Shown here piece by piece: positions 8,670 through 16,348 of a stretch of DNA of 24,882 nucleotides. Position numbers and translations under genes: made by a program. This DNA comes from Anaerolineae bacterium (lineage in GTDB: Bacteria; Chloroflexota; Anaerolineae; Anaerolineales; Villigracilaceae), in contig PMLN01000298.1 of the NCBI GenBank assembly GCA_003158885.1, positions 9,719 to 34,600 of the forward strand, in the 5' to 3' direction. Position 1 is the first letter of the stretch, and each line of letters starts with the position of its first letter. The notes under the pieces were generated by a model. That model worked only from the letters and a program-made list of their open reading frames with translations, did no database searches and was not told where the DNA came from.

Positions 8670-9461
8670 ATGGCTGGCATGTCAAAACGCGACCTACTCT
8701 TCCGCAAACCTTTGATGAACGCGGCGGGAACTTTGGGCTTCACACCAGACTTCCGAGTTCTTAGAGAACCCGGAAGTCCATTCGATGACTTCGGCGCATT
8801 CATCACCAACCCGGTCTCACTGCGACCGCGAACGGCTGCATCCCAACCGGCCATGATCGAATACCCCGGCGGATTTTTGCTGCATAGCGGCCTGCCCAAT
8901 CCCGGCTTGAACGCAACGCTCAAGAAATATGCACAGCGCTGGAACGACTCCCCGTGGCCGATCATTGTTCACTTAATGGCTGACCGTCCCGAAGAAACAC
9001 AACAAATGGTGCAAAGATTGGAAAGCATGGATAACGTCATGGCGGTGGAACTCGGTTTTGCGCCATACCTGGCAGACGATATTCTGTCCATCACTTTGGA
9101 GATGTGCATCGGGGAACTGCCGTTGATCTTCTGCCTGTCCACGGAACAAGTCCTATCGCTCGGCCCGCGGCTGATCGAAGCGGGAGCGGAGGCAGTCAGC
9201 ATTGCCGCGCCGCGCGGAGCATTGCCTAACCTCACCCCCAACCCCTCTCCTGAAAGGAGAGGGGAGATCATCGAGGGAAGATTGTTTGGCCCGTCGTTAT
9301 TTCCCCAGGCCCTCGGAATCGTTCAATCCGCCCGCAAACTCGGACTCCCCATCATCGGAGCGGGAGGGGTCTATTCAAAAGAAAACGCCGACACGATGCT
9401 CTCGGCCGGCGCTTTGGCGGTTCAAATGGATTCCGTCTTGTGGCGGGGGATCAAAGCCTAA
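8670..9461 (+). CDS. Dihydroorotate dehydrogenase (class 1)-like protein lacking catalytic residues
   Basis: PLMNAAGTLGF, GLPNPG, PIIGAGGV, AGALAV align with PyrD, but the ELNxSCPN and KLxP motifs are replaced. The start may be 8670 or 8679. Confidence 0.8.
   Translation: MAGMSKRDLLFRKPLMNAAGTLGFTPDFRVLREPGSPFDDFGAFITNPVSLRPRTAASQPAMIEYPGGFLLHSGLPNPGLNATLKKYAQRWNDSPWPIIVHLMADRPEETQQMVQRLESMDNVMAVELGFAPYLADDILSITLEMCIGELPLIFCLSTEQVLSLGPRLIEAGAEAVSIAAPRGALPNLTPNPSPERRGEIIEGRLFGPSLFPQALGIVQSARKLGLPIIGAGGVYSKENADTMLSAGALAVQMDSVLWRGIKA
9230..9266. repeat. Intragenic palindromic element encoding LTPNPSPERRGE
   Basis: Perfect 10-bp stem CCCCTCTCCT-GAA-AGGAGAGGGG at 9242-9264, preceded by CCTCACCCCCAA. 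Confidence 0.8.
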
Positions 9462-9569
9462 ATTTTCCGTGTTGTGGGATAACGAGCGATGGTTCAAAAG
9501 GGAGCACCGGCCACGGCACATCGTCCTCCAGTATAATCAACAGAAATCCGATTCTCTGGAGAGGCGATT

Positions 9570-10010
9570 ATGGAACACAAACTAGCAATCACAGATTCAA
9601 AAACTCACAAACCGCGGTTGGTCTTAACACATCATGGGCACAAAGCAGTGCATGGCGATAGCGCAATCGGCCGCTTAAACACTAAAGTGGCTGTAAAAAT
9701 TACAAGATCCGTAGGCTCCATGTGGTGTGCGTATGCGTTCGCAGTGATTGCGCTCATCTCGCTGCCATCCGCGATTCAGTCGGGCAACTCGATTATCATC
9801 ATTGCCTGGATTGCACAGACTTTCCTGCAATTGGTACTGCTACCCATCATCATTGTCGGACAGAACGTCCAGGCAGCCGCGAGCGATGCGCGGGCTGAAA
9901 GCGATCACGAAACGCTCATCTCCATCCACACCCTGACTTCTGAAGTTCACTCAATCGCCGAACAACAAACCAAAATTCTGGAATTAATTGCAGAAAGAAC
10001 CAACATTTAG
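9570..10010 (+). CDS. DUF1003-like membrane protein
   Basis: KITRSVGSMWCAYAF...QTFLQLVLLPIIIVGQNVQA...ARAE.DHE pattern; GGAGAGG SD. Confidence 0.7.
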   Translation: MEHKLAITDSKTHKPRLVLTHHGHKAVHGDSAIGRLNTKVAVKITRSVGSMWCAYAFAVIALISLPSAIQSGNSIIIIAWIAQTFLQLVLLPIIIVGQNVQAAASDARAESDHETLISIHTLTSEVHSIAEQQTKILELIAERTNI

Positions 10011-10093
10011 ATACTTCCTGGGTTCCAGTCTTACCTGCGTGCTTCAACTCGCAATTTCCCTTGCCGCTTTTATCGCAGGGGACGATGAAGCTA

Positions 10094-10531
10094 TTATCTT
10101 TCCAACCAGATGGTTACCGGCCCATCGTTATGGATTTCCACCAGCATATGTTCGCCAAACTTTCCGGTCCGGGTGGGGACGCCGTGCCCGCGCAGGTACT
10201 CAACAAAGCGATCCACCAGAGGCGCGGCGACTTCCGGCAAGGCCGCGTCGGTAAACGATGGGCGGCGTCCCTTGCGCGCATCCGCATAGAGCGTAAATTG
10301 GGAAACGACAAGCGCTTCGCCTTTTACATCCAATACGGATAAATTCGTCTTACCCTGTTCGTCTTCAAAGATGCGCAGGTTGGCAATTTTCTCAGCAAGA
10401 AATTGAGCCTGCTCTTCGCCATCGCCATGACCGATGCCCAATAAAATCAACAGGCCTTTTCCAATTTCGGAAATAACCTGTCCATCCACAGTAACGCTGG
10501 CACGAGAAACGCGTTGTAATAATGCGCGCAT
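10094..10531 (-). CDS. dtd: D-aminoacyl-tRNA deacylase
   Basis: [30 protein letters not shown]. Confidence 0.97.
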   Translation of the reverse strand: MRALLQRVSRASVTVDGQVISEIGKGLLILLGIGHGDGEEQAQFLAEKIANLRIFEDEQGKTNLSVLDVKGEALVVSQFTLYADARKGRRPSFTDAALPEVAAPLVDRFVEYLRGHGVPTRTGKFGEHMLVEIHNDGPVTIWLER

Positions 10532-10571
10532 GATCGATTCAAATGTGTAAGGGGCGGCCCCTGCAACGATC

Positions 10572-11558
10572 TTATGGCAATTGCAGCGCGGTGCGGACTT
10601 CTTCCATCGTTTTCTGCGCGATGGCGCGGGCGCGGTTGGCCCCGTCGTTCAGCGTATCCTTTAGCAGGTCCGGCTTGGAGGCAAGCTCCGCACGTTTGGC
10701 GCGGAACGGTTCGAGATGGTGATTAAGGTTCCTGGCGTAAAGCATTTTGCAGTCCACGCAGCCGATCCCGGCCCGGCGGCACTCCACATTGACCATGTCC
10801 ACGTCGCTTTGCGGCGAGAAGATTTTGTGCATGGTGAACACATTGCAGATATCGGGATTGCCCGGATCAGTGCGCTTCATGCGCGCCGGATCGGTGACCA
10901 TTTCCCTCACGCGTTTCGTGGTCTCTTCGGGCGTGGCGGCCAGCTCGATCTGATTGTTCAAACTCTTGCCCATTTTCTCTTTGCCATCAAGGCCCAATAT
11001 TTTTGGGTAGATGGTGTTCTTCATTTGCGGTTCGATCAAGACCTTGGTGTGATAACGATAATTGAACGAGCGCACCACTTCACGCGCAAACTCGAGGTGA
11101 GGCGCCTGATCGATCCCGACCGGCACCACATCGGTCTTATAAAGCACAATATCGGCGGTCATTAGAACAGGGTAACCGACCAGGCCATAATTCACATTAT
11201 CCGGATTCTGGCGGACTTTTTCCTTGAACGTCGGAAGATCGGTCAACTTGCCCAGCGGGGTGACCATCGAAAGGATGGTATGCAACTCCATCACTTCCGG
11301 CACATGCGATTGAACAAACAAAATCGTCTCTGCGGGGCGAACGCCGGCGGCAAGCAAATCCAGCGCAATCTCATAGGTATTCTGACGAAGGTTCTCCGTG
11401 TCCTCCACCGTGGTCAGCGCGTGAATATCCACAATGCAGTAGACACATTCATAGTCATCCTGCAGTGCGACGTAATTTTGGATGGCGCCGAGATAATTTC
11501 CCAAGTGCGCCCGGCCTGTGGGGCGAATGCCCGAAAAAACGCGTCCTTTTTTTGCCAT
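10572..11558 (-). CDS. trpS: Tryptophan--tRNA ligase
   Basis: [17 protein letters not shown] (HIGH), [27 protein letters not shown] (KMSKS variant). Confidence 0.97.
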   Translation of the reverse strand: MAKKGRVFSGIRPTGRAHLGNYLGAIQNYVALQDDYECVYCIVDIHALTTVEDTENLRQNTYEIALDLLAAGVRPAETILFVQSHVPEVMELHTILSMVTPLGKLTDLPTFKEKVRQNPDNVNYGLVGYPVLMTADIVLYKTDVVPVGIDQAPHLEFAREVVRSFNYRYHTKVLIEPQMKNTIYPKILGLDGKEKMGKSLNNQIELAATPEETTKRVREMVTDPARMKRTDPGNPDICNVFTMHKIFSPQSDVDMVNVECRRAGIGCVDCKMLYARNLNHHLEPFRAKRAELASKPDLLKDTLNDGANRARAIAQKTMEEVRTALQLP

Positions 11559-11633
11559 AAGACCTCATAAAATTCGGAGTGTGATTGCAAAGTCTGTGTG
11601 AAGCAGCCCGAGGGGGCCGGACTTTGCACCCCG

Positions 11634-11879
11634 TTATTGATTTTCAACCATTTTACCGATCAGCCCGACCACCTCGCCCGGTTCAGCGTGACGCTTGGTC
11701 TGAAGTTTGGAATAGATCAACGTCCCGTTCACACTGACCTCGAAGCGGCCTCCGTCCGAGGGAATCAGCGTGATCGATTCAATGACGTGTTCAAATTCCT
11801 TGAGCAAGTCTTTTTCCAGGCTCACGGCCCGGTCGGTGTAGTGTCAGACTGCGCAGTAGACAACTTCAATCTTAAGCAT
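11634..11879 (-). CDS. SelW/SelT/SelH (Rdx-family) selenoprotein, Sec at codon 12
   Basis: ATG 11879 gives MLKIEVVYCAV-UGA(11846-11844)-HYTDRAVSLEKDLL...PSDGGRFEVSVNG..IYSK; CxxU motif; GAGAGG SD. The track shows only the post-UGA fragment. Confidence 0.92.
11816..11832 (-). promoter_or_regulatory. Candidate bacterial SECIS element
   Basis: 11 nt after the UGA: CCGGGC-CGUGA-GCCUGG hairpin with GU in the apical loop. Confidence 0.6.
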
Positions 11880-11900
11880 TTGGCCTCTCAATATTAGAAA

Positions 11901-11909
11901 ATTATAACA
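11901..11909 (-). promoter_or_regulatory. Extended -10 promoter for the selenoprotein gene
   Basis: Minus strand TG-T-TATAAT. Confidence 0.55.
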
Positions 11910-11924
11910 TGCGGCGTCTGAGTC

Positions 11925-11953
11925 TTGGCACATATGGGCAGGCGCGCTATAAT
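11925..11953 (+). promoter_or_regulatory. Sigma70-type promoter for the zinc-ribbon gene
   Basis: TTGGCA, 17 nt, TATAAT. Confidence 0.65.
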
Positions 11954-11976
11954 GACATCCTGTAAGGAGAAAGTAA

Positions 11977-12261
11977 ATGCCCGTTTATACATACCGTTGC
12001 GAAAATTGCGGTGTACAGTTCGAACGCCAGCAATCCTTCGCCGATGAGCCGCTTAAAGTTTGCCCGGAGTGCCGCAAGAAAACCCTTAAGAAGGTAATCT
12101 CGCCGGTGCGGATCGTATTTAAAGGATCCGGTTTCTATTCCACCGACCACAAGTCCCCCTCCGGCGGCGATCCGTCGAGGAATGCCAAAAAAGAGGAAGC
12201 CGGGGAAACCAAGCCCAAGGAAACGAAACCCGCCGAGAAAAGCAAGAAAAGCGAATCGTAA
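11977..12261 (+). CDS. FmdB-family zinc-ribbon protein
   Basis: MPVYTYRCENCG...CPECR...IVFKGSGFYSTD; AAGGAG SD. Confidence 0.93.
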   Translation: MPVYTYRCENCGVQFERQQSFADEPLKVCPECRKKTLKKVISPVRIVFKGSGFYSTDHKSPSGGDPSRNAKKEEAGETKPKETKPAEKSKKSES

Positions 12262-12264
12262 ACA

Positions 12265-12296
12265 TAATCGCCGAAGAAGTTCGGCGATTAAGTTTT
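12265..12296 (+). terminator. Hairpin terminator (possibly bidirectional)
   Basis: TAATCGCCGAA-GAAG-TTCGGCGATTA perfect 11-bp stem followed by AGTTTT. Confidence 0.7.
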
Positions 12297-12672
12297 AACA
12301 GCGACTTTTCACATAAAGGCAAATGTGCTGGCAGGCTTACACTTGCCGTTCAAAGTATGCCAGATAACTTCCAGCATTACTAAGCTTAAGGCAAGAAACA
12401 TGATGTAAATGAGTCAAGTTTTAGGCAAATTTGAGCACAAGCAAAAACCATACCACACCCATGCATTGTAGATTTTGCGCGGGTCATTTCCTTAATATGG
12501 CAAATGCAGACTGTCACCTAATATGCGGCAAATGGCGGGGAGCGCCTTATCCCAAGCGATGGGAGCAAAAAAGAAAATTGGCCGCTCTTTTGGCACAGGT
12601 TATGCCGACGACTCTGCATTTGGTTATATGCTAATCATAGCATGTCTCGTTAGTCTGAGACGAAGTCTCGCT

Positions 12673-12711
12673 AGTATATAACAAAAATTTCGCCCCTACA
12701 AATGCAAGTAA
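12673..12711 (-). promoter_or_regulatory. Copy 1 of a duplicated 39-bp promoter-containing repeat
   Basis: Minus strand TTGTAG-N17-TATACT; 36/39 identical to 13998-14036. Confidence 0.75.
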
Positions 12712-12729
12712 TAACGACACGTGAACGCC

Positions 12730-12858
12730 TTAAAGCGTACTTGCTGCCATGGCGGCAACATTGGATTGACTTGTCGGCATGGGAATCGCCAAGGGAAAGT
12801 TGCAAGCCAGGATTATGACCAGCGCCGCAAAACCAAAATGGAATTCCAGAATCGATTC
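12730..12858 (-). pseudogene. Remnant of a lipoprotein N-terminus
   Basis: Frame reads ESILEFHFGFAALVIILACNFPLAIPMPTS...* with a hydrophobic core and LAC lipobox, no ATG before it, stop after 42 codons. Confidence 0.45.
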
Positions 12859-13755
12859 CTATTGAGTGGAAATGGACTGGATGAGTGAATCCAGCATATT
12901 CAGGGTTGGATTGAATTGATCGGACGGGGTGGCATTAATCAAATCGGTAATCTGCTGGATGTAATTCTCGTTTGACATTGAAAAGGGGATGCCGCCGGCC
13001 GGTACAGGCGAATCAGAGTTGGCGTCTGCGGGCAGGAATGGCAAGGTAGTGTTAAGCCTGGCGATCAGGTAATACTTGCCATCTCGGCTTAAGCCCTGAA
13101 AGAGATAAAACAACTGCTCGTTGTTGACGGGTCTCACATCCGACTGGTATTGTGTAATGATGCGCAGGCCGGAACCGCCGTTGAAATGAATAATTTTTTC
13201 CTGTGAGGCGAGCACTTGGGCTGCATTGGCGTCTGGGATTACCGGTAAAGCATCCTCCTGAGAAAGCGAAATTTTACCCAAAAGAATTTCTTTCAGTTGC
13301 TGGATGCTATAGGCCGCCCCAGGATTTTCCGCGCCATACTGAGGCGCTGGATAAACAGAAATATCACCTCCATAACCCTCGAATGTAAGCTCCAGGTAAG
13401 CGGGAGTGTTGGGAGTGTTATAGCACTCATCCGTGCAAGAAGTTGCATCTATAGTTTGCACACTTGCGCCTGTTGCTAATCCTGCGGGAATCACCAATTG
13501 GATGGGTGAGGCTGAAACAGGAATTGCAGCTTGCGAGGGAGCTGAGGTGCTGGTCGGAACGGGAGTTGAGGTGCCGGCCGGTGCGGGAAGCGGCGTGTTG
13601 CTGGGGAGCACGGCGGGAACGAACGTCGCGGCCGGAGTGGCAAGTGCAACCGGGCTGAAACTGCAGGCTAGAAACACGGCTAGTGAACTCATGAGCGCCA
13701 CACATTTCAGAAAGGCGACAATCTTGTAATGAAGAGGAAGTAAATGGCTCATCAT
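12859..13755 (-). CDS. Putative lipoprotein, Pro/Thr/Ala-rich linker plus a globular domain of unknown function
   Basis: AAGGAG SD; FLA-C lipobox; TPxPT-rich linker typical of Anaerolineae secreted proteins. Confidence 0.85.
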   Translation of the reverse strand: MMSHLLPLHYKIVAFLKCVALMSSLAVFLACSFSPVALATPAATFVPAVLPSNTPLPAPAGTSTPVPTSTSAPSQAAIPVSASPIQLVIPAGLATGASVQTIDATSCTDECYNTPNTPAYLELTFEGYGGDISVYPAPQYGAENPGAAYSIQQLKEILLGKISLSQEDALPVIPDANAAQVLASQEKIIHFNGGSGLRIITQYQSDVRPVNNEQLFYLFQGLSRDGKYYLIARLNTTLPFLPADANSDSPVPAGGIPFSMSNENYIQQITDLINATPSDQFNPTLNMLDSLIQSISTQ

Positions 13756-13997
13756 ACATCTCCTTTTTCACAACAGGGATTTCAGTCATCGTCCCGCTTT
13801 CCCATGCCAACCAGTTTAACCGCTATTTTGCATTTTGCATACAGACCCTAATGTGCTTTGATAGATTGGAGGAAACATAAGAACCTAAATCGCATCATAA
13901 GTTTCATGTCTTATACGCTTTTTTCTTTCAGCGTTCCTGGTCTTATAGGATCTTGCGTGAATTTTCATCTCCAAAGCACGCGCTCTTAGGCTTTTTA

Positions 13998-14036
13998 AGT
14001 ATATAACAAAAATTTCGCCCTTACAAATGTCAGTAA
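13998..14036 (-). promoter_or_regulatory. Copy 2 of a duplicated 39-bp promoter-containing repeat
   Basis: Minus strand TTGTAA-N17-TATACT, beginning about 24 nt downstream of the tRNA 3' end. Confidence 0.75.
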
Positions 14037-14059
14037 GGACGAAACTATTCGGTCAAAAG

Positions 14060-14131
14060 CTCCTCGCCGAGGATTTGAACCTCGAACCTAGCGGTTAACA
14101 GCCGCCCGCTCTGCCGTTGAGCTAGCGAGGA
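14060..14131 (-). tRNA. tRNA-Asn(GTT)
   Basis: Acceptor TCCTCGC/GCGAGGA, D-arm TAGCTCAACGGCAGAGC, anticodon loop CT-GTT-AA (14099-14097), GGTTCAAATCC T-arm; CCA not encoded. Confidence 0.97.
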
Positions 14132-14142
14132 AGGCGAGCAGG

Positions 14143-14171
14143 ATTATACGGTCAAGGCAGAGGCATGTCAA
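14143..14171 (-). promoter_or_regulatory. Consensus sigma70 promoter of tRNA-Asn
   Basis: TTGACA, 17 nt, TATAAT exact match. Confidence 0.9.
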
Positions 14172-14180
14172 GCCTCGATT

Positions 14181-14560
14181 GAACAGGCGGCATGGTTTTC
14201 TCAAGAACCAATTTTCAGGCCAAGAATCTGGCGGAGGCCATGAAACTCCCGGATTTCCTTCATGATTTGCGCCAGCGCATCACGAAATTTGAGATGCGTC
14301 AAGCTTTCTTGAGAAAACCATAGAACAGGCGGCATGCATTTGTCAAAGTCAGAGAACGAACCGCAAAGCTCGCCAAGACCGCGAAGAAAAAACAAGAATC
14401 TTAGCGAACGCCTGCCCTTCGTTCTTTGAGGGTTGCGTGCTTCGCGTTAATAAAATGCCAAAGCATAGATTCACCATGGGTTTTGAGAAGGCCATGGAAC
14501 AGGCGGCATGATCTATCAAAGTCAGAGAATGAACCGCAAAGCCCGCTAGGACCGCAAAGA
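14181..14560. repeat. Modular repeat array
   Basis: GAACAGGCGGCATG exact at 14181, 14323 and 14497; copies 2 and 3 share about 50 further nt; 17-bp inverted repeat (16/17) at 14191-14207/14306-14322. Confidence 0.85.
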
Positions 14561-15307
14561 TTTCTTCTTTGGATTCGAGGCGGCCTTTTTCCTGCGCTGA
14601 TCCATCCAACGCCAAAAGGCCGGGATGAGCAGGGCCGTGAGCAAAATCCCGGCAATCCATCCCCAATCCAATGAACCAATCCGCTTTGTGAATGTGACCT
14701 TTACCTCAATATCATCCTGATAGGACTTGACCTCGCGCCAGTAATCCTGGCCTTGAAATTGGACAAGGCGATAGAGGATCAGCGTCAGCCGCTGCGTCCC
14801 GCTTTTGCGGGCGGTGACTTCCCAGGCCCAACGCGTGGTCTCGGTTCCGCTGACCAGTTGTTCGGGATCATTCTGCACAGGCTGGATGGAGAAGGCCTGG
14901 GGATCATCGGAGAGCAGAGTCGCTTTCATACGCGGCGTGATCTGAACGCTGGCACTGGCAACCTGCCCACTGGCCGTGACCTGCGTGCTCAAGGCCTGCG
15001 GGGAAAGCGAAGGATTGAGGAGCAGTTCGACGGTGGTGGTTTCATCCAACAACATGGACTGCGGCTTGTTATAGGCAATATTGGCGTTGATGGATTGCTG
15101 GAGGATGGAATCGATCTGCGCCAACTGGTCCGCGACCGAAGGCGTACCGGGCGCGGGCGCGGTGGGCGCAGGTGCAGCCGTTCCAGTGGAAGGCGCTGCG
15201 ATGGCAGGAGTTGGAGTTAGGGGAACAGAGGTTGCGACCTGGCCGCAAGAAACGATGAAGAACAAGACCGCGACCACGAACAGAATCGATCTGAAGGCTT
15301 TTTGCAT
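14546..15307 (-). CDS. Putative lipoprotein with a C-terminal TM anchor
   Basis: Signal FVVAVLFFIVS-C, Pro/Thr/Ala linker, beta-rich domain, WGWIAGILLTALLIPAFWRW followed by a basic tail. Confidence 0.82.
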   Translation of the reverse strand: MQKAFRSILFVVAVLFFIVSCGQVATSVPLTPTPAIAAPSTGTAAPAPTAPAPGTPSVADQLAQIDSILQQSINANIAYNKPQSMLLDETTTVELLLNPSLSPQALSTQVTASGQVASASVQITPRMKATLLSDDPQAFSIQPVQNDPEQLVSGTETTRWAWEVTARKSGTQRLTLILYRLVQFQGQDYWREVKSYQDDIEVKVTFTKRIGSLDWGWIAGILLTALLIPAFWRWMDQRRKKAASNPKKKSLRS

Positions 15308-15346
15308 GACAACCTTCCTGCCACCATTCCAGCGGCAAAGCCGAAC

Positions 15347-16333
15347 TCAGTACTTAATGGCGCTCAATTGATACAGCTTGTCCGTCCGATGCGTGGCCGT
15401 GATCTGGCGCACGGTGCCGGTCAGACCGCGCACAACGATGGAATCGGTGCGGGCGCCGTCGCCGAAATAACGGACGCCCTTGAGCAATTCGCCATCGGTG
15501 ATGCCGGTGGCGGCGAAGAAGACATCCTCGGAGGAAACCAGATCTTCCATGGTCAGGATCTTATCGAAGTCATACCCGGCTTCGCGTCCGCGGCGGAGTT
15601 CATCGGCGTCGCGGGCATAGAGCTTGCCCTGGATCTCACCGCCCATGGCGCGCAGGGCGCAGGCCGCCAGCACGCCCTCGGGCGTGCCGCCGATCCCGAT
15701 CAAGACATCCACACCGGCATCCGGCCAGGCGGTCATGAGGGCCGCGGCCACATCGCCATCAGGGATGATACGGATGCGCGCGCCGACCTTCCTGATCTCG
15801 GCGATCATGGCATCGTGACGAGGGCGATCCAGGATAATCGTCGTCAGGTCTTCGACATCCTTGTTCTTGGCCTTGGCAATGGCCTTGAGATTCTCGGTGA
15901 TGGATTTTTCGATGTTGATGCGGCCCTTGGCTTCGGGTCCGACGGCCAGCTTGTTCATATAAACGAAGGGTCCTGGGTTAAACATGGTGCCGCGCGGCGC
16001 AATGGCGACCGCGGCCAGCGAGTTGGAGCGTCCAAAGGCCAGGGGGCGGGTGCCGTCAATCGGATCCGCGGCCACATCCACATCCGGCGCGGAACCGTTG
16101 CCGACATTCTCGCCGTTATACAACATGGGGGCGTTATCCTTCTCGCCCTCGCCGATGATGATGACCCCGTTGATGTCCACCGTCTGGAGAACAAGCCGCA
16201 TGGCATTGACCGCCGCGCCATCGGCGGCCTCCTTGTCGCCGCGCCCCATGAAGCGGCCGGCTGAAAGTGCGGCAGCTTCGGTCACGCGCACCAGTTCGAG
16301 CGCCAGGTTGCGGGTAGGCGCATTATGATCCAT
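15347..16333 (-). CDS. glpX: Class II fructose-1,6-bisphosphatase
   Basis: ELVRVTEAAAL, IIIGEGEKDNAPMLY, DPIDGT, DGDVAAA, GIGGTPEGVLAACA, FAATGITDG. Confidence 0.97.
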   Translation of the reverse strand: MDHNAPTRNLALELVRVTEAAALSAGRFMGRGDKEAADGAAVNAMRLVLQTVDINGVIIIGEGEKDNAPMLYNGENVGNGSAPDVDVAADPIDGTRPLAFGRSNSLAAVAIAPRGTMFNPGPFVYMNKLAVGPEAKGRINIEKSITENLKAIAKAKNKDVEDLTTIILDRPRHDAMIAEIRKVGARIRIIPDGDVAAALMTAWPDAGVDVLIGIGGTPEGVLAACALRAMGGEIQGKLYARDADELRRGREAGYDFDKILTMEDLVSSEDVFFAATGITDGELLKGVRYFGDGARTDSIVVRGLTGTVRQITATHRTDKLYQLSAIKY

Positions 16334-16348
16334 GATCGCCTCCGGGAA

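Noticed and set aside
11559-11633. T-box leader upstream of trpS
   Set aside because: Gap of 75 nt is too short and has no T-box motif or terminator/antiterminator.
12268-12277. TCGCCGAAGA similar to the tRNA 3' end (possible att site)
   Set aside because: Only 9/10 nt and fully explained as a terminator arm.
12431-12634. 67-aa ORF with CxxC on the + strand
   Set aside because: TTG start without SD, no recognisable family, opposite to the local promoter.
12640-12670. Hammerhead-like CTGAGACGAA
   Set aside because: Does not fit CUGANGA...GAAA and lacks the three-stem junction.
12291-12672. tmRNA or RNase P RNA by size
   Set aside because: No tRNA-like ends and no GAGGAAAGUCC-type core on either strand.
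13910-13952. 27-aa basic ORF (MKIHARSYK...) downstream of promoter copy 2, start region indicated
   Set aside because: GGAG directly abuts the ATG, and there is no homology cue; cannot be supported without Ribo-seq.
14181-14510. CRISPR array interpretation of the three 14-bp repeats
   Set aside because: Repeat too short, intervals of 128 and 160 nt far exceed spacer size, intervals are partly homologous, no cas operon.
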